Origin: Kofleriaceae bacterium
Lineage (GTDB): Bacteria > Myxococcota_A > Polyangia > Haliangiales > Haliangiaceae
Assembly: GCA_020633495.1 (NCBI GenBank)
Contig: JACKDR010000001.1
Span: 310,105 to 374,104 of the forward strand
Direction of reading: 5' to 3'
DNA: 64,000 nt
Positions 54,027-63,458 of the stretch are shown piece after piece. Positions within the stretch are counted from its first letter, which is position 1. Each line of letters starts with the position of its first letter. The notes below the pieces were generated by a model that saw nothing but the letters and a program-made list of their open reading frames with translations, made no database searches and had not been told where the DNA came from. The translations under genes were made by a program, and so were the position numbers.

Positions 54027-55082
54027 CTACAGGAACCGCAGCCGCGCCGCCAGCTCGTCGAGGGGCGCGACCTCGTCGATCGCGCCGGCCTCGATCGCCG
54101 CCTTCGGCATGCCGAAGATCACGCTGCTCTGCTGGTCCTGGGCCAGGGTCTTGCCGTCGGCGCGCTTGATCGCCAGGGCCCCGGCGGCGCCGTCCTTGCC
54201 CATGCCGGTCATGACCACGCCGATGGCGCGGCGGCCGTAGACCCGGGCCGCCGAGATCATCGTGACGTCGGCGGCCGGCCGGCAGCCGTGGACCAGCTCG
54301 CCGTCGGTGAGGACGACCGCGCCGCGCTCGTCGAACTCGACGTGGCGATCGCCGGGGGCGATCAGCGCCAGGCCCGGCGTCGGGCGATCGCCGGCGGCGG
54401 CCTCGCGCACGGTCAGCTGGCTGATCGCGTCGAGCCGCTCGGCCAGCGCCGCGGTGAAGTGCGCCGGCATGTGCTGGACGATCACGACCGCGAAGCGGCT
54501 GTCGCCGGGCAGCGCCGGCACCAGCTCCGACAGCGCCGCCGGCCCCCCGGTCGACACCGCGATCACGCACAGCCGTGGCAGGCCGCCCGGCATCGTCGTG
54601 CTGCCGATCCCGGCCAGGCTGGCCCGGCGCGCGCTCGCCGCCGGCGCCGCCGCGGCGCGCGGCCGCGACGCCGCGGCGATCGTCAGCTTGCGGGTCAGCT
54701 CGACGGCGATCTTGCTGAGGTCGGCCGAGACCTCGCCGGCGGGCTTGGTGACGAAGTCGACCGCGCCGGCGGCCAGCGCCTCGAAGGTCTCGCGCGCGCC
54801 CTGCCGGGTGTGGGCCGAGAACATCAGCACCGGCGTCGGCCGCCGCTGCATGATCGCGCGCACCGCCTCGGCGCCGTTCATCTCGGGCATGTTGAAGTCC
54901 ATCGTGACGACGTCGGGGCCCAGCGCGACCACCTGGTCGACCGCCTCGCGGCCGTTGCGGGCCTGGCCGACGACCTCGAACGGCCCGGCCGCCAGGGTCT
55001 TGGCGATCGCGGCGCGCATGAACAGCGAGTCGTCGACGATCAGGACCCGGATCTTCCTCGCGCTCGGCTGCGACGGTCTCAC
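54027..55082 (-). CDS. cheB: Chemotaxis response regulator protein-glutamate methylesterase
   Basis: GTG 55080-55082 overlapping the upstream cyclase stop (GTGA). REC: IRVLIVDDSLFMRAAIAKTL...VVTMDFNMPEMNGAEA. Methylesterase: VIAVSTGGPAAL...VVIVQHMPAHFT...GVVMTGMGKDGAAG...SSVIFGMPKAA (catalytic S-H-D). Confidence 0.9.
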   Translation of the reverse strand: MRPSQPSARKIRVLIVDDSLFMRAAIAKTLAAGPFEVVGQARNGREAVDQVVALGPDVVTMDFNMPEMNGAEAVRAIMQRRPTPVLMFSAHTRQGARETFEALAAGAVDFVTKPAGEVSADLSKIAVELTRKLTIAAASRPRAAAAPAASARRASLAGIGSTTMPGGLPRLCVIAVSTGGPAALSELVPALPGDSRFAVVIVQHMPAHFTAALAERLDAISQLTVREAAAGDRPTPGLALIAPGDRHVEFDERGAVVLTDGELVHGCRPAADVTMISAARVYGRRAIGVVMTGMGKDGAAGALAIKRADGKTLAQDQQSSVIFGMPKAAIEAGAIDEVAPLDELAARLRFL

Positions 55083-56848
55083 GACGGCTCCTCCGGCGGT
55101 GGCGGCAGCCGCTCGACCACCCAGCCGGTGACCGGGATCGCGACGCCCTTGAGCTCGAGCCCGGGCACCGCCCGGACCACCGCGCCGTCGCCGAGGAAGG
55201 CGCGGGTCGACTCGCTGACCAGGACCTCGCCGGGCGGGCACCGGGTCTCGTAGCGGTTGGCACGGTTGACGGTGTCGCCGATCACCGTGTAGTCGCGGCG
55301 CACCACCCGCGACCCCAGGTCGCCGCGCACGACCGGCCCGGTGTTGACGCCGATCCGCATCTGCAGCGTGATCGGCCGGCCCTGGTTGAACGCGGGCATC
55401 GCGGCCTGCATCGCCAGCGCGGCGCGGGTGGCGCGGACCGCGGCGGGCTCGCGGCCCCGGCGCTCCTCGAAGATCGCCATGATCGCGTCGCCGATGAACT
55501 TGTCGATGTCCCCGCCGAGGTCCTTGATCAGCGGACACATGACGTCGAAGTAGGCGTTGAGCAGCTCGATGACGCCGCGCGGATCGAGGCGCTGCGACAT
55601 GGGCGTGAACCCGACCAGGTCGCTGAACATGACCGTGACCTCGCGCTCGTCGGCGCGCACCGCGTGCAGCGCGCCGACCGCGGCGCGCTCCTCGGCGGCG
55701 TGGCGCGCGCCCTCGGAGATGAACAGCGACGACGCCTCCTTGTAGGCGAGCAACCGGCGCTCGGCCAGCGTGCGCTCGACCATCGCCACGCACTTGTCCT
55801 GCGAGAACGGCTTGACCAGGTACGCCGACGCGCCGGCGGCGCGCATCTGGGCCATGTCGCGCTTGGAGTCGCGCGCGGTCAGCATGATCACCGGGGTCTG
55901 GCGCAGCTCGGGATCGCGGCGCACCGCGTGGACCAGCTCGAAGCCGGTCATCTCCGGCATCTCGTAGTCGCTGACGATCAGCGCCGGGCGCAGCGCCTGG
56001 GCCTTGTCGAGCGCGACCCGGCCGTTCTCGGCGGTCGCGACGTCGAAGCCCTGGCGGCTGAGGCAGTCGGCGACGTAGTGGCGCTGCGCGGGCGAGTCAT
56101 CGACCACCAGGATCCGCTCGCGCGACGACGGCGTCGCGCCGATCGCCAGGGCCCGGACCCGGGTCGCCAGCTCCTCGGGGACGACCGGCTTGACCAGGTA
56201 GTCGTCGGCGCCGGCGTCGAAGCCGCGCTCGAGATCGGCGGCCTCGCCGAGGCTCGAGCAGATCAGCACCGGGACGTGGGCGGTCGCGGGGTCGGCCTTG
56301 AGCCCCTTGCACACGCCGTAGCCGTCGAGCTGCGGCATCTCGACGTCGGTGATCACCAGGTCGGGCTGGCGGGCGCGGGCCAGGGCCAGGGCCTCGGCGC
56401 CGTCGTAGGCCGACACGACCTCGTAGCCCTCGTCCTCGAGGATCGGCACGGTGTGGCGGTGGATCAGCGGCGAGTCGTCGGCCAGCAGCACCAGCTTCCT
56501 GGCCCGGGTGCCGGCGCCGAGGACGTCGACGACCTCGGCGTCGGAGAACGGCACCAGCAGGAAGCCGTCGGCGTCGAGGTCGCGGGCGATCGCGCGATCG
56601 GCGGCGGCGACGCCGACGACGATCGCCGCGACCGGGGTCGGGCCGTCGCGCAGCGCGGCGACGACGTCGGCGAGGACGCCGTCGGGCAGGCGGCGCGGCA
56701 GCAGCGCGGCGCGCGGCGTCAGCTCGCCGAGGCGATCGAGCAGCTCGGCCGCGGACGCGACCCGGCTGACCTGGTGGCCGAGCGGCGTCAGCGGCCGCGC
56801 GATCAGCTCGGCCAGGACCGGCTCGTCGGAGACGACGACGACGTTCAC
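55079..56848 (-). CDS. Triple-receiver (one degenerate REC plus two canonical REC) adenylate/guanylate cyclase (class III CHD)
   Basis: GTG 56846-56848 with a GGAGG RBS 6 nt upstream; overlaps the cheA stop (GTGA). REC2: KLVLLADDSPLIHRHTVPILEDEGYEVVSAYDG...DLVITDVEMPQLDG...YLVKP. REC3: RILVVDDSPAQRHYVAD...IVSDYEMPEMTG...YLVKP. CHD: VTVMFSDLVGFTP...KFIGDAIMAIF...RIGVNTGPVVRGDLG. The 5' 2/3 of the supplied 1323-aa ORF is a wrong-frame artefact opposite cheA. Confidence 0.85.
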   Translation of the reverse strand: MNVVVVSDEPVLAELIARPLTPLGHQVSRVASAAELLDRLGELTPRAALLPRRLPDGVLADVVAALRDGPTPVAAIVVGVAAADRAIARDLDADGFLLVPFSDAEVVDVLGAGTRARKLVLLADDSPLIHRHTVPILEDEGYEVVSAYDGAEALALARARQPDLVITDVEMPQLDGYGVCKGLKADPATAHVPVLICSSLGEAADLERGFDAGADDYLVKPVVPEELATRVRALAIGATPSSRERILVVDDSPAQRHYVADCLSRQGFDVATAENGRVALDKAQALRPALIVSDYEMPEMTGFELVHAVRRDPELRQTPVIMLTARDSKRDMAQMRAAGASAYLVKPFSQDKCVAMVERTLAERRLLAYKEASSLFISEGARHAAEERAAVGALHAVRADEREVTVMFSDLVGFTPMSQRLDPRGVIELLNAYFDVMCPLIKDLGGDIDKFIGDAIMAIFEERRGREPAAVRATRAALAMQAAMPAFNQGRPITLQMRIGVNTGPVVRGDLGSRVVRRDYTVIGDTVNRANRYETRCPPGEVLVSESTRAFLGDGAVVRAVPGLELKGVAIPVTGWVVERLPPPPEEPS

Positions 56849-59025
56849 GTCGCCTCCGGGTCGCCGTGGCCGAGCAGGCGCCGCACCGCGCGCAGCAGGA
56901 GCTGCCGGTCGTGGGGCTTGGTGATGTACTCGTCGACGCCGGCGTCGAAGCCGCGGACCCGGTCGATGCGCTCGCCGCGCGACGTCACCATGACGATCGG
57001 CGTGTCGGCGTACTCGGGCAGCGCGCGCAGCGCGCGGGTCAGCTCGTAGCCGTCCATCCGCGGCATCATGACGTCGGTCGAGATCAGATCGAAGGCGCGG
57101 CTGCGGGCCAGCTCGAGGCCGTGGACGCCGTCGACCGCGACGGTCACCAGGTAGCCGGCGTCGACCAGCAGGCGGCGCAGCGACTCGCGCACGGTGTCGG
57201 AGTCCTCGACCAGGAGGACGTGCGAGCCCGACGGCGCCGCCGGGCGGGCGCCGGCGCGGCGCGGCCCGACCGGGCCGCTGAGCGCGCGCGCGACGATCGC
57301 CGGGACGTCGAGGATCAGCGCGCAGCGATCGCCGAGCAGCGTGGCGCCGGCGACGCACGGCGCCGCCGCCAGCAGCGGGCCCAGCGACTTGATGACGATC
57401 TCCTTCTTGCCCAGCAGGTGGTCGCAGACCAGGCCGTAGGTGGTGCCGGCGTGCTCGGTGAGGATCAGGTGCAGGACGTCGGCGTGGGCGCCGCCCGCGA
57501 GGTCGAGGTCGAGGACGTGGTCGAGGCGGATCAGCGGGACGTGGCGGCCGCGGACCTCGACCACCTCGCGGTCGCCGATCAGCCGGACGTCGCCGGGCGC
57601 GATCGTCAGGACGCGGAGGACGACGTCGAGCGGCACCGCGAAGGTCTCGCCGCCGGCGCGGGCCACGATGACCTGGATGATCGCGAGGGTGAGGGGCATG
57701 CGCAGCACGAAGGTGCTCCCTTGGCCGGGGGTGGACTCGACGTCGATCGTGCCCTTGAGCCGGGTCACGATGGTCTGGCGGACGACGTCCATCCCGACGC
57801 CGCGCCCCGACACCTGGCTGATCGTCGCCGCGGTCGAGAACCCGGCGGAGAAGATCAGCTCGAGCGAGCCGCGCTCGTCGAGGTCGGCGGCGGCCGCCGC
57901 GGTCAAGAGGCCCTTGTCGACCGCCTTGGCGCGCAGCCGCGCCGGATCCATGCCGCGGCCGTCGTCGGCGATCCGGATCTCGACGGTGTTGCCGCGGTGC
58001 GACGCCTCGAGCCGGACCACGCCCTCGGGCGGCTTGCCGGCGGCGGCGCGGCCCTCGGGGTCCTCGAGGCCGTGGTCGACGGCGTTGCGCACCAGGTGCA
58101 TCAGCGGCTCGTCGAGGGCCTCGACCAGCAGCTTGTCGAGCTCGGTGTCGTCGCCGATCAGCTCGAGGCGAGCGCGCTTGCCCAGCGATCCGGCGAGGTC
58201 GCGCACGGTGCGGACGTGCTTGCGGAAGACGCCGCCGACCGGGACCAGGCGCAGCCGCATGACCTGCTCGCGCAGCTCGCCGGAGATCAGATCGAGCCGG
58301 TCGGTGCCGTGATCGAGGTCGTGGGCGATCTCGCCCAGCACGCGCTCGATGCGGTCGAGCTCGTCGCCGAGCGCGCTGACGCTGGCGGCGGCGCCCGCGC
58401 CGCCACCGCCGCCGCCGCGCGCGACCGCGGCCCGCCGCGCCATGACCCGATCGCCGGCGAGCTCGTGGCCGATCGCGGTGAGCGACCCGACCGCGACCCG
58501 CAGGTCGTCGCGCCCGAGCACCAGCTCGCCGACCAGGTTGAGCAGGCGGTCGAGCTTGTCGAAGTCGACGCGGATGGTCTGGCGCGACGGGTCGTGGGCG
58601 GCGGGGCGCGCGGACTCGACGCCGGCCGCCGCCGGCGTGACCGCGACCGGCGGCGAGGCCGCCGCCGCGGCCGGGTTGCGTAGCCGCTGCACCACCGGCG
58701 CCGGATCGACCGTGACCGGCGCACCGTCGCGGGCCTGCGCCAGCATCGCGCGCAGCGCGTCGAGCGCGGCCAGCAGCGCGTCGATCACCGGGGCGTCGGC
58801 GGCGCGGCCGGCGTCGCGGATCTGGCCGACCAGATCCTCGGCGGCGTGGGCGAGCTGGTTGACCGGGGCCAGGCCGACCATCGCCGAGCTGCCCTTGACG
58901 GTGTGGAGGTCGCGGAAGACGTCGCGCAGCAGCTCGACGTCGCCGGGCCGGCGCTCGACCTCGACCAGCTTGCCGGCCAGGGCCTCGAGCCGCTCGCCGG
59001 CCTCGTCGAAGAACAGCTCGATCAT
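56845..59025 (-). CDS. cheA: Chemotaxis histidine kinase CheA with a C-terminal receiver domain (CheA-CheY hybrid, FrzE-like)
   Basis: ATG 59023-59025 (MIELFFDEAGERLEAL...LHTVKGSSAMVG, Hpt P1). P3/P4: LVRNAVDHGLE...DDGRGMD...GRGVGMDVV. P5 CheW-like: AIIQVIVARAGGETFAVPLDVV. REC: VLLVEDSDTVRESL...LISTDVMMPRMDGYEL...YITKP. The supplied ORF extends in frame to 59559, but the 59026-59559 segment is a three-frame mosaic (see findings). Confidence 0.85.
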   Translation of the reverse strand: MIELFFDEAGERLEALAGKLVEVERRPGDVELLRDVFRDLHTVKGSSAMVGLAPVNQLAHAAEDLVGQIRDAGRAADAPVIDALLAALDALRAMLAQARDGAPVTVDPAPVVQRLRNPAAAAASPPVAVTPAAAGVESARPAAHDPSRQTIRVDFDKLDRLLNLVGELVLGRDDLRVAVGSLTAIGHELAGDRVMARRAAVARGGGGGGAGAAASVSALGDELDRIERVLGEIAHDLDHGTDRLDLISGELREQVMRLRLVPVGGVFRKHVRTVRDLAGSLGKRARLELIGDDTELDKLLVEALDEPLMHLVRNAVDHGLEDPEGRAAAGKPPEGVVRLEASHRGNTVEIRIADDGRGMDPARLRAKAVDKGLLTAAAAADLDERGSLELIFSAGFSTAATISQVSGRGVGMDVVRQTIVTRLKGTIDVESTPGQGSTFVLRMPLTLAIIQVIVARAGGETFAVPLDVVLRVLTIAPGDVRLIGDREVVEVRGRHVPLIRLDHVLDLDLAGGAHADVLHLILTEHAGTTYGLVCDHLLGKKEIVIKSLGPLLAAAPCVAGATLLGDRCALILDVPAIVARALSGPVGPRRAGARPAAPSGSHVLLVEDSDTVRESLRRLLVDAGYLVTVAVDGVHGLELARSRAFDLISTDVMMPRMDGYELTRALRALPEYADTPIVMVTSRGERIDRVRGFDAGVDEYITKPHDRQLLLRAVRRLLGHGDPEAT

Positions 59026-59555
59026 GTCGTCGTCGACGGTGGGGGTCCACGCGAACCCGGCCGCCGCGGCGCCGGCGGGGACGGCCGCGGCGACCGGCGC
59101 GGCGACGTCGCGAGGCGCCGCCGTCGGGGCCGGCGGCGGCACGGCCCGGTGCCGCGCGCGGGCGCGCGCGGCGTGGCCGCTGCGGTCAGGGGCGTCGAGC
59201 GCGGCGCAGCGGTCGTCGAGGGCAGGCCCTCGACCCGGGCCCCCTGACCGGTCGGGCTGGCCAGCTGCGCGATGGCCTGGCGCAGGGTCGCGGCGGCCGC
59301 GATCACCGCCGGCGCCGCGGCCGCGACCTCGACGGCGCCGCCGTCGATCGCGTCGAGGCCGCGCTCGAGCGCGAGCGCGAGCCGGCCGACGTCCTCGGCG
59401 CCGACCAGCAGGCTCGACAGCCTGGAGCCGGAACGCGACGTGGGCGAGGCCGCCGCAGGCGCTGGCGCCGAGCGCGCCCGCGACGTCGTCGTCGAGCAGC
59501 GCCGCGTCGTGGACCGCGGCGGCGACGAACGTGTCCCACAGCGACACGCCCTCGC

Positions 59556-59822
59556 TCATGGCGCCTCCCCGGCGTCGCCGAGGCCGTGGCGGCGCAGCCA
59601 GCGCCGGGCGCCGGCCCGGGTCGCGCGCAGCGACAGCGTGACGCCGGCGGCCGCGGCGGCGGCGCGGGCGCGGCGCAGGATCGGCGCGACCTCGTCGGGG
59701 ACCAGCTCGGCGTCGTCGAGATCGACCGCCAGCCGGTGCAGCCTGGGCGCGGCCAGCAGCGCGGTGAGGTCGGCGGTGAGGCGCTCGGGATCACAGCGGC
59801 CACGCACGCGCAGCTCGCGCGC
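59556..59822 (-). CDS. STAS-like (anti-sigma-factor-antagonist-like) domain ORF; either a separate small gene lacking an obvious start or the frameshifted C-terminus of cheR
   Basis: Own translation: ...AAAGPEARELRVRGRCDPERLTADLTALLAAPRLHRLAVDLDDAELVPDEVAPILRRARAAAAAAGVTLSLRATRAGARRWLRRHGLGDAGEAP*. The frame is -1 relative to cheR. The stop overlaps the next ATG (ATGA at 59556-59559). The only in-frame start candidate is an internal GTG, which would truncate the fold. Confidence 0.35.
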   Translation of the reverse strand, partial: ARELRVRGRCDPERLTADLTALLAAPRLHRLAVDLDDAELVPDEVAPILRRARAAAAAAGVTLSLRATRAGARRWLRRHGLGDAGEAP

Positions 59823-60019
59823 CTCCGGGCCTGCCGCCGCGGGCGGCGTCGCGGCCGCCGGGGGCGTCGTCGCGGCCGCCGGCCGCGCCGCGACCGCCGC
59901 GCCGCGCGCCGGCCCAGGCCGGGGCCGGCCGGCGCGCGCGTCGCCGGCGTCGCGGCCACCGCGATCCTGGCCGCCGGCGTCCGCCGCGCGCCCGCGACCG
60001 TCGTTGGCGCGACCGCGCC

Positions 60020-60802
60020 GGGGGCGCGGCGCACGTAGACCGTGGCGTCGCCGGCGCGGCGGGGCTCGAGGTCGGCGACGTCGCGCAGGCTCTCGCTGTA
60101 GCCGACGAACAGGAAGCCGCCGGGATCGAGCGCCGCGACCAGCCGATCGACGACGCGGCGCCGGGCCTCGGCCTCGAAGTAGATGAGGACGTTGCGGCAC
60201 CACACCAGATCGAAGCCGCGCGGCTGATCGTCGTCGGCGAGGTTCTTGCGCTCGAAGCGGACCAGGCGGCGGGCCTCCGGGCGGACCCGCACGACCTCGT
60301 CGTCGACCTCGAAGCCGTCGCGCCAGGCCTCCGGCACGTGCTCGAGCGCCGCCGCCGGGTAGGTGGCCGCGGTCGCGACCTCGAGCGCGCCGGCGCTGAC
60401 GTCGGTGGCGAGGATCGTCACCGCGTGCTGCGGCAGCAGCCGGGCCAGCACGACCGCCAGCGTGTACGGCTCCTCGCCGGTGGCGCAGCCGGCGCTCCAC
60501 ACCTTGACCGGCCGGCGCCCGCGCGCCCTCAGCGCCGGCGCGACGACGTCGACCAGCGCCGCGACCTGCGGCAGGTGGCGGAACAGCCGGGTCTCGCCGA
60601 CCCGCACCGCCTCGACCAGGACGCCGAGCTCGGCGGCGCCGCGCGGCGCGCTGACCAGCTCGAGGTACGCCGCCGGGGTCGCGCCGAGCGCGGCGATCCG
60701 CGCCTGCGCCCGCGACGCCACCACCCACGCCGGCAGCTCGAGCCCGGCGTGAGCGGCGAGCCGTCGCGACAGCCCCGCCACGATGTCGGCGGGCAGCGTC
60801 AC
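60020..60802 (-). CDS. cheR: Chemotaxis protein methyltransferase CheR (catalytic portion; 3' end unresolved, since the in-frame ORF runs on to 59303 as low-complexity sequence)
   Basis: GTG 60800-60802 directly abutting the MCP stop. LFRHLPQVAALVDVV...VKVWSAGCATGEEPYTLAVVL...ILATDVSAGAL...LVWCRNVLIYFEAE...GGFLFVGYSESL, the SAM-dependent MTase CheR motifs. Good sequence ends at about ...DATVYVRRAPGAVAPTTVAG. Confidence 0.75.
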
Positions 60803-62959
60803 CTACCCGCGTCCGCCCGGCGGCCGACCGTCGGATCCGGCGCCGCCGCCGGGCCCGGCGGCGCGGGCCGGCAACCGGCGCGCCTCGCCGCGGCCGGCGA
60901 GCTGGCGATCGCCGGCGGCGCCGCCGCCGGCGGGCGCGCCGCCCGGTGCCCAGGTGTTGCCGTCGAGGTTGAAGCCGCCGATCGACGCCTCGAGCTGGAA
61001 CGCCAGCTCGTGCAGCCGCTCGGCCTGCACGACCGACTCCTCGGAGCCGGTCAGGATCTCGTTGGCGATGTGCTGGACCGCGTCCATGTTGCGCGCGATG
61101 TCGTCGGACACCACCGCCTGCTCCTGGACCGCGTGGGCGGTGTCCTTGACCACGCCGATGAGCTGGGTCAGCCCGGTCAGGGTCGAGGTCACCAGCTGGG
61201 TGCCGTTCTCGACCTCGCGGGTGCCGGTCTCCATCGACGCCACCGCCTCCTGGGTCTGCTCCTTGATCGTCTGGATCAGCGCCTCGATGTCCTTGGCCGA
61301 CTGGCCGACCCGGCGCGCCAGCGACGACACCTCGTCGGCGACCACCGCGAAGCCGCGGCCCTGCTCGCCGGCGTGCGCCGCCTCGATCGACGCGTTGAGC
61401 GCCAGCATCGAGGTCTGCTCGCTGATCTGCCGGATGACCTCGACGATGTTGCCGATGCGCTTGCTGCTCTCGCCGAGCTCCTTCATCTTGCGCGCGGCGT
61501 CCTCGACGGCGCCGCGGATCTCCTGCATCCGCTGCACCGCGGAGCCGACCGCGACGTTGGACTGCTCGGCGACGTCGGTGGCCTCGGCGGCGTTGCCGGC
61601 GACCTGCTGGATCGACGCCGACAGCTCGGTGATCGCCGCGGTCGAGCCCTCGATCTTGAGGGTCTGATCCTTGAGCCCGCCCAGGGTCTGGCGCGACGCC
61701 GCGCTGATCTCGGCGCTCGAGGCGCCGACCTGGAACGACGCCGCCTGGACCTCGGTGGCCAGGCTGTGGACCCGCGCGAACACCTGGTTGATGTTGTCGG
61801 CGAGGTCGGCGGTCTCGTCGCGCGACTCGACCACGATGCGCTGGTTGAGATCGGTCTCGCCGGCCAGCAGGTCGCGCGACTGCTTGACGAACTGCTTGAT
61901 CGGCCGCGTGATCCAGAACGCCATCAGCGACGCGATCCCCACCGACAGGCCGATGCCGACCAGGATCTCCCGCCACGGGACCTTCGACGGGTCGACGATG
62001 CTGGCCCGGCTGCGGGTGATGAACAGCTGGCCGACGACCTGGGGATCGAGGCCGACGTAGCCCTCGAGATCCTCGGCGTAGAAGTCGTGGTCGCCGCTCT
62101 TGAGGCGCACGACCTTGCGGGTGTCCTCGCCGATCGTCACGGTCGCGAACCGCTCGGGCTGCATCGCCTTGCCCAGCTCGCCCCAGCTGTCGGCCGGGAA
62201 CGCCGACGCCAGCACGGTGGTGCCGGCGAGCAGCGTCGGCCGCATCCGCATGTCCTGGTTGTCGTCGCTCTGCTCGGCGTACTCGTCGAAGTAGCGCTGC
62301 AGCTTGACGCCGATCAGCAGGCCGCCGACCACGGTCTCGCCGTCGGCGGCGTGGACCGGCAGCGCCGAGACCTGGTACGGCACGCCGCCGATGACGACGA
62401 CCCGGTGGGCGAAGACGTTGCCGGCGCGGGCCTTGTCGACCGGCGCCAGCTCGGCGAGGTCGCCCTGCTTGATCGGCGAGCCCGGGATCGCCCAGACCAG
62501 GCGGTTGCCGGCGGTGAACGCCGCGAACAGATCGGGCTGCAGGCCGTTCTTCGAGGCCAGCCGGGTGTACATGCCCTGGACGATGCGCGCCGCGGCGGCG
62601 AAGCGGTCGCCGGGCCGGGTCGGCGTGGCGGTGGCGCCCGCGCCGTCGGCCGCGGCCGCGCCGTCGCCGGCCGGGCCCGACGGCGGCTCCGGCGCCGGGC
62701 CCGCGCCCGGCGCCGCGAGCGCGGCGGCCAGCGTCGGATCGTCGGCGAGGATCTCCAGCGTCCCGGTCATGCCGCGGCCGACCCGCTCCTGGTAGCCCAG
62801 GTAGCGGCGCTCGTGCTTGGCCAGCCAGTTGCCCCGGGCGCGGTAGCGGGTCTCGCTCTGCAGCCACAGCGTGCCGCCGGCGATCAGCAGCGCGGCCAGG
62901 GTCAGGCAGGCGACCAGGAACTTGAAGAACATGGGGAAGCGGAGCTTCCGCTTGCTCAT
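60803..62959 (-). CDS. Methyl-accepting chemotaxis protein (2 TM, periplasmic sensor about 300 aa, HAMP, MCP signalling domain)
   Basis: ATG 62957-62959 overlapping the cheW stop (ATGA). TM1 FFKFLVACLTLAALLIAGGTLWL. TM2 ILVGIGLSVGIASLMAFWI. HAMP. Highly conserved signalling domain: EQTSMLALNASIEAAHAGEQGRGFAVVADEVSSLARRVGQSAKDI. Stop TAG at 60803-60805. The Gly/Pro-rich C-terminal tail may reflect an over-extended ORF. Confidence 0.85.
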   Translation of the reverse strand: MSKRKLRFPMFFKFLVACLTLAALLIAGGTLWLQSETRYRARGNWLAKHERRYLGYQERVGRGMTGTLEILADDPTLAAALAAPGAGPAPEPPSGPAGDGAAAADGAGATATPTRPGDRFAAAARIVQGMYTRLASKNGLQPDLFAAFTAGNRLVWAIPGSPIKQGDLAELAPVDKARAGNVFAHRVVVIGGVPYQVSALPVHAADGETVVGGLLIGVKLQRYFDEYAEQSDDNQDMRMRPTLLAGTTVLASAFPADSWGELGKAMQPERFATVTIGEDTRKVVRLKSGDHDFYAEDLEGYVGLDPQVVGQLFITRSRASIVDPSKVPWREILVGIGLSVGIASLMAFWITRPIKQFVKQSRDLLAGETDLNQRIVVESRDETADLADNINQVFARVHSLATEVQAASFQVGASSAEISAASRQTLGGLKDQTLKIEGSTAAITELSASIQQVAGNAAEATDVAEQSNVAVGSAVQRMQEIRGAVEDAARKMKELGESSKRIGNIVEVIRQISEQTSMLALNASIEAAHAGEQGRGFAVVADEVSSLARRVGQSAKDIEALIQTIKEQTQEAVASMETGTREVENGTQLVTSTLTGLTQLIGVVKDTAHAVQEQAVVSDDIARNMDAVQHIANEILTGSEESVVQAERLHELAFQLEASIGGFNLDGNTWAPGGAPAGGGAAGDRQLAGRGEARRLPARAAGPGGGAGSDGRPPGGRG

Positions 62960-63447
62960 GGCGATGCACCTTCCTCTCGGGCCAGGGCGCCGAGACGTTG
63001 CGACGAGAACAGGGCGTCGCCGTCGAGCACGCGCACGGTGCCGGTCGGCGTGGCGATCACGCCGGCGAGCAGGCTCGCGACCTCGGGCGCCAGGTTGGCG
63101 GGCGCGGCCTCGACGGCGTCGGCGTCGACGGTGCGCAGCTCGCGCAGGCGCTCGACCAGGATGCCGACGACCCGGGCGCCGTGCTCGACGACGACGAGCC
63201 GGCCGTCGTCGCCGGGGACGGTCCGGGGCAGGCCGAGCAGGACCCCGAGGTCGACCGCCGGCACGATGTCGCCGCGCAGGCTGAAGATGCCGGCCAGCCA
63301 CGGCGGGCTCAGGAACACCCGCGTGATGGGCCGCAGGGTCAGGGTCTCGCGGACGTCCTCGATCGGGAGCGCGAGCTCCTGGCCGCGCAGCTCGAAGCAG
63401 ACCAGGCGCAGCGAGCCCGAGGCGACACCGGTGGAGCCCTCGACCAT
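62956..63447 (-). CDS. cheW: Chemotaxis coupling protein CheW
   Basis: ATG 63445-63447 (MVEGSTGVASGSLRLVCFELRGQELALPIEDVRETLTLRPITRV...LAGIFSLRGDIVPAVDLG...VVVEHGARVVGILVERLRELRTVD), the CheW-like domain. Confidence 0.85.
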   Translation of the reverse strand: MVEGSTGVASGSLRLVCFELRGQELALPIEDVRETLTLRPITRVFLSPPWLAGIFSLRGDIVPAVDLGVLLGLPRTVPGDDGRLVVVEHGARVVGILVERLRELRTVDADAVEAAPANLAPEVASLLAGVIATPTGTVRVLDGDALFSSQRLGALAREEGASP

Positions 63448-63458
63448 GCGCCCCGAGG

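Noticed and set aside
59022-59306. 94-aa minus-strand ORF (MIAAAATLRQ...) considered as an independent small gene
   Set aside because: It has only a GTG start in the middle of good-looking upstream sequence in the same frame, and its tail is Arg/Pro junk. It is better explained as part of the frame-mosaic upstream of cheA (reported as a finding) than as a stand-alone gene.
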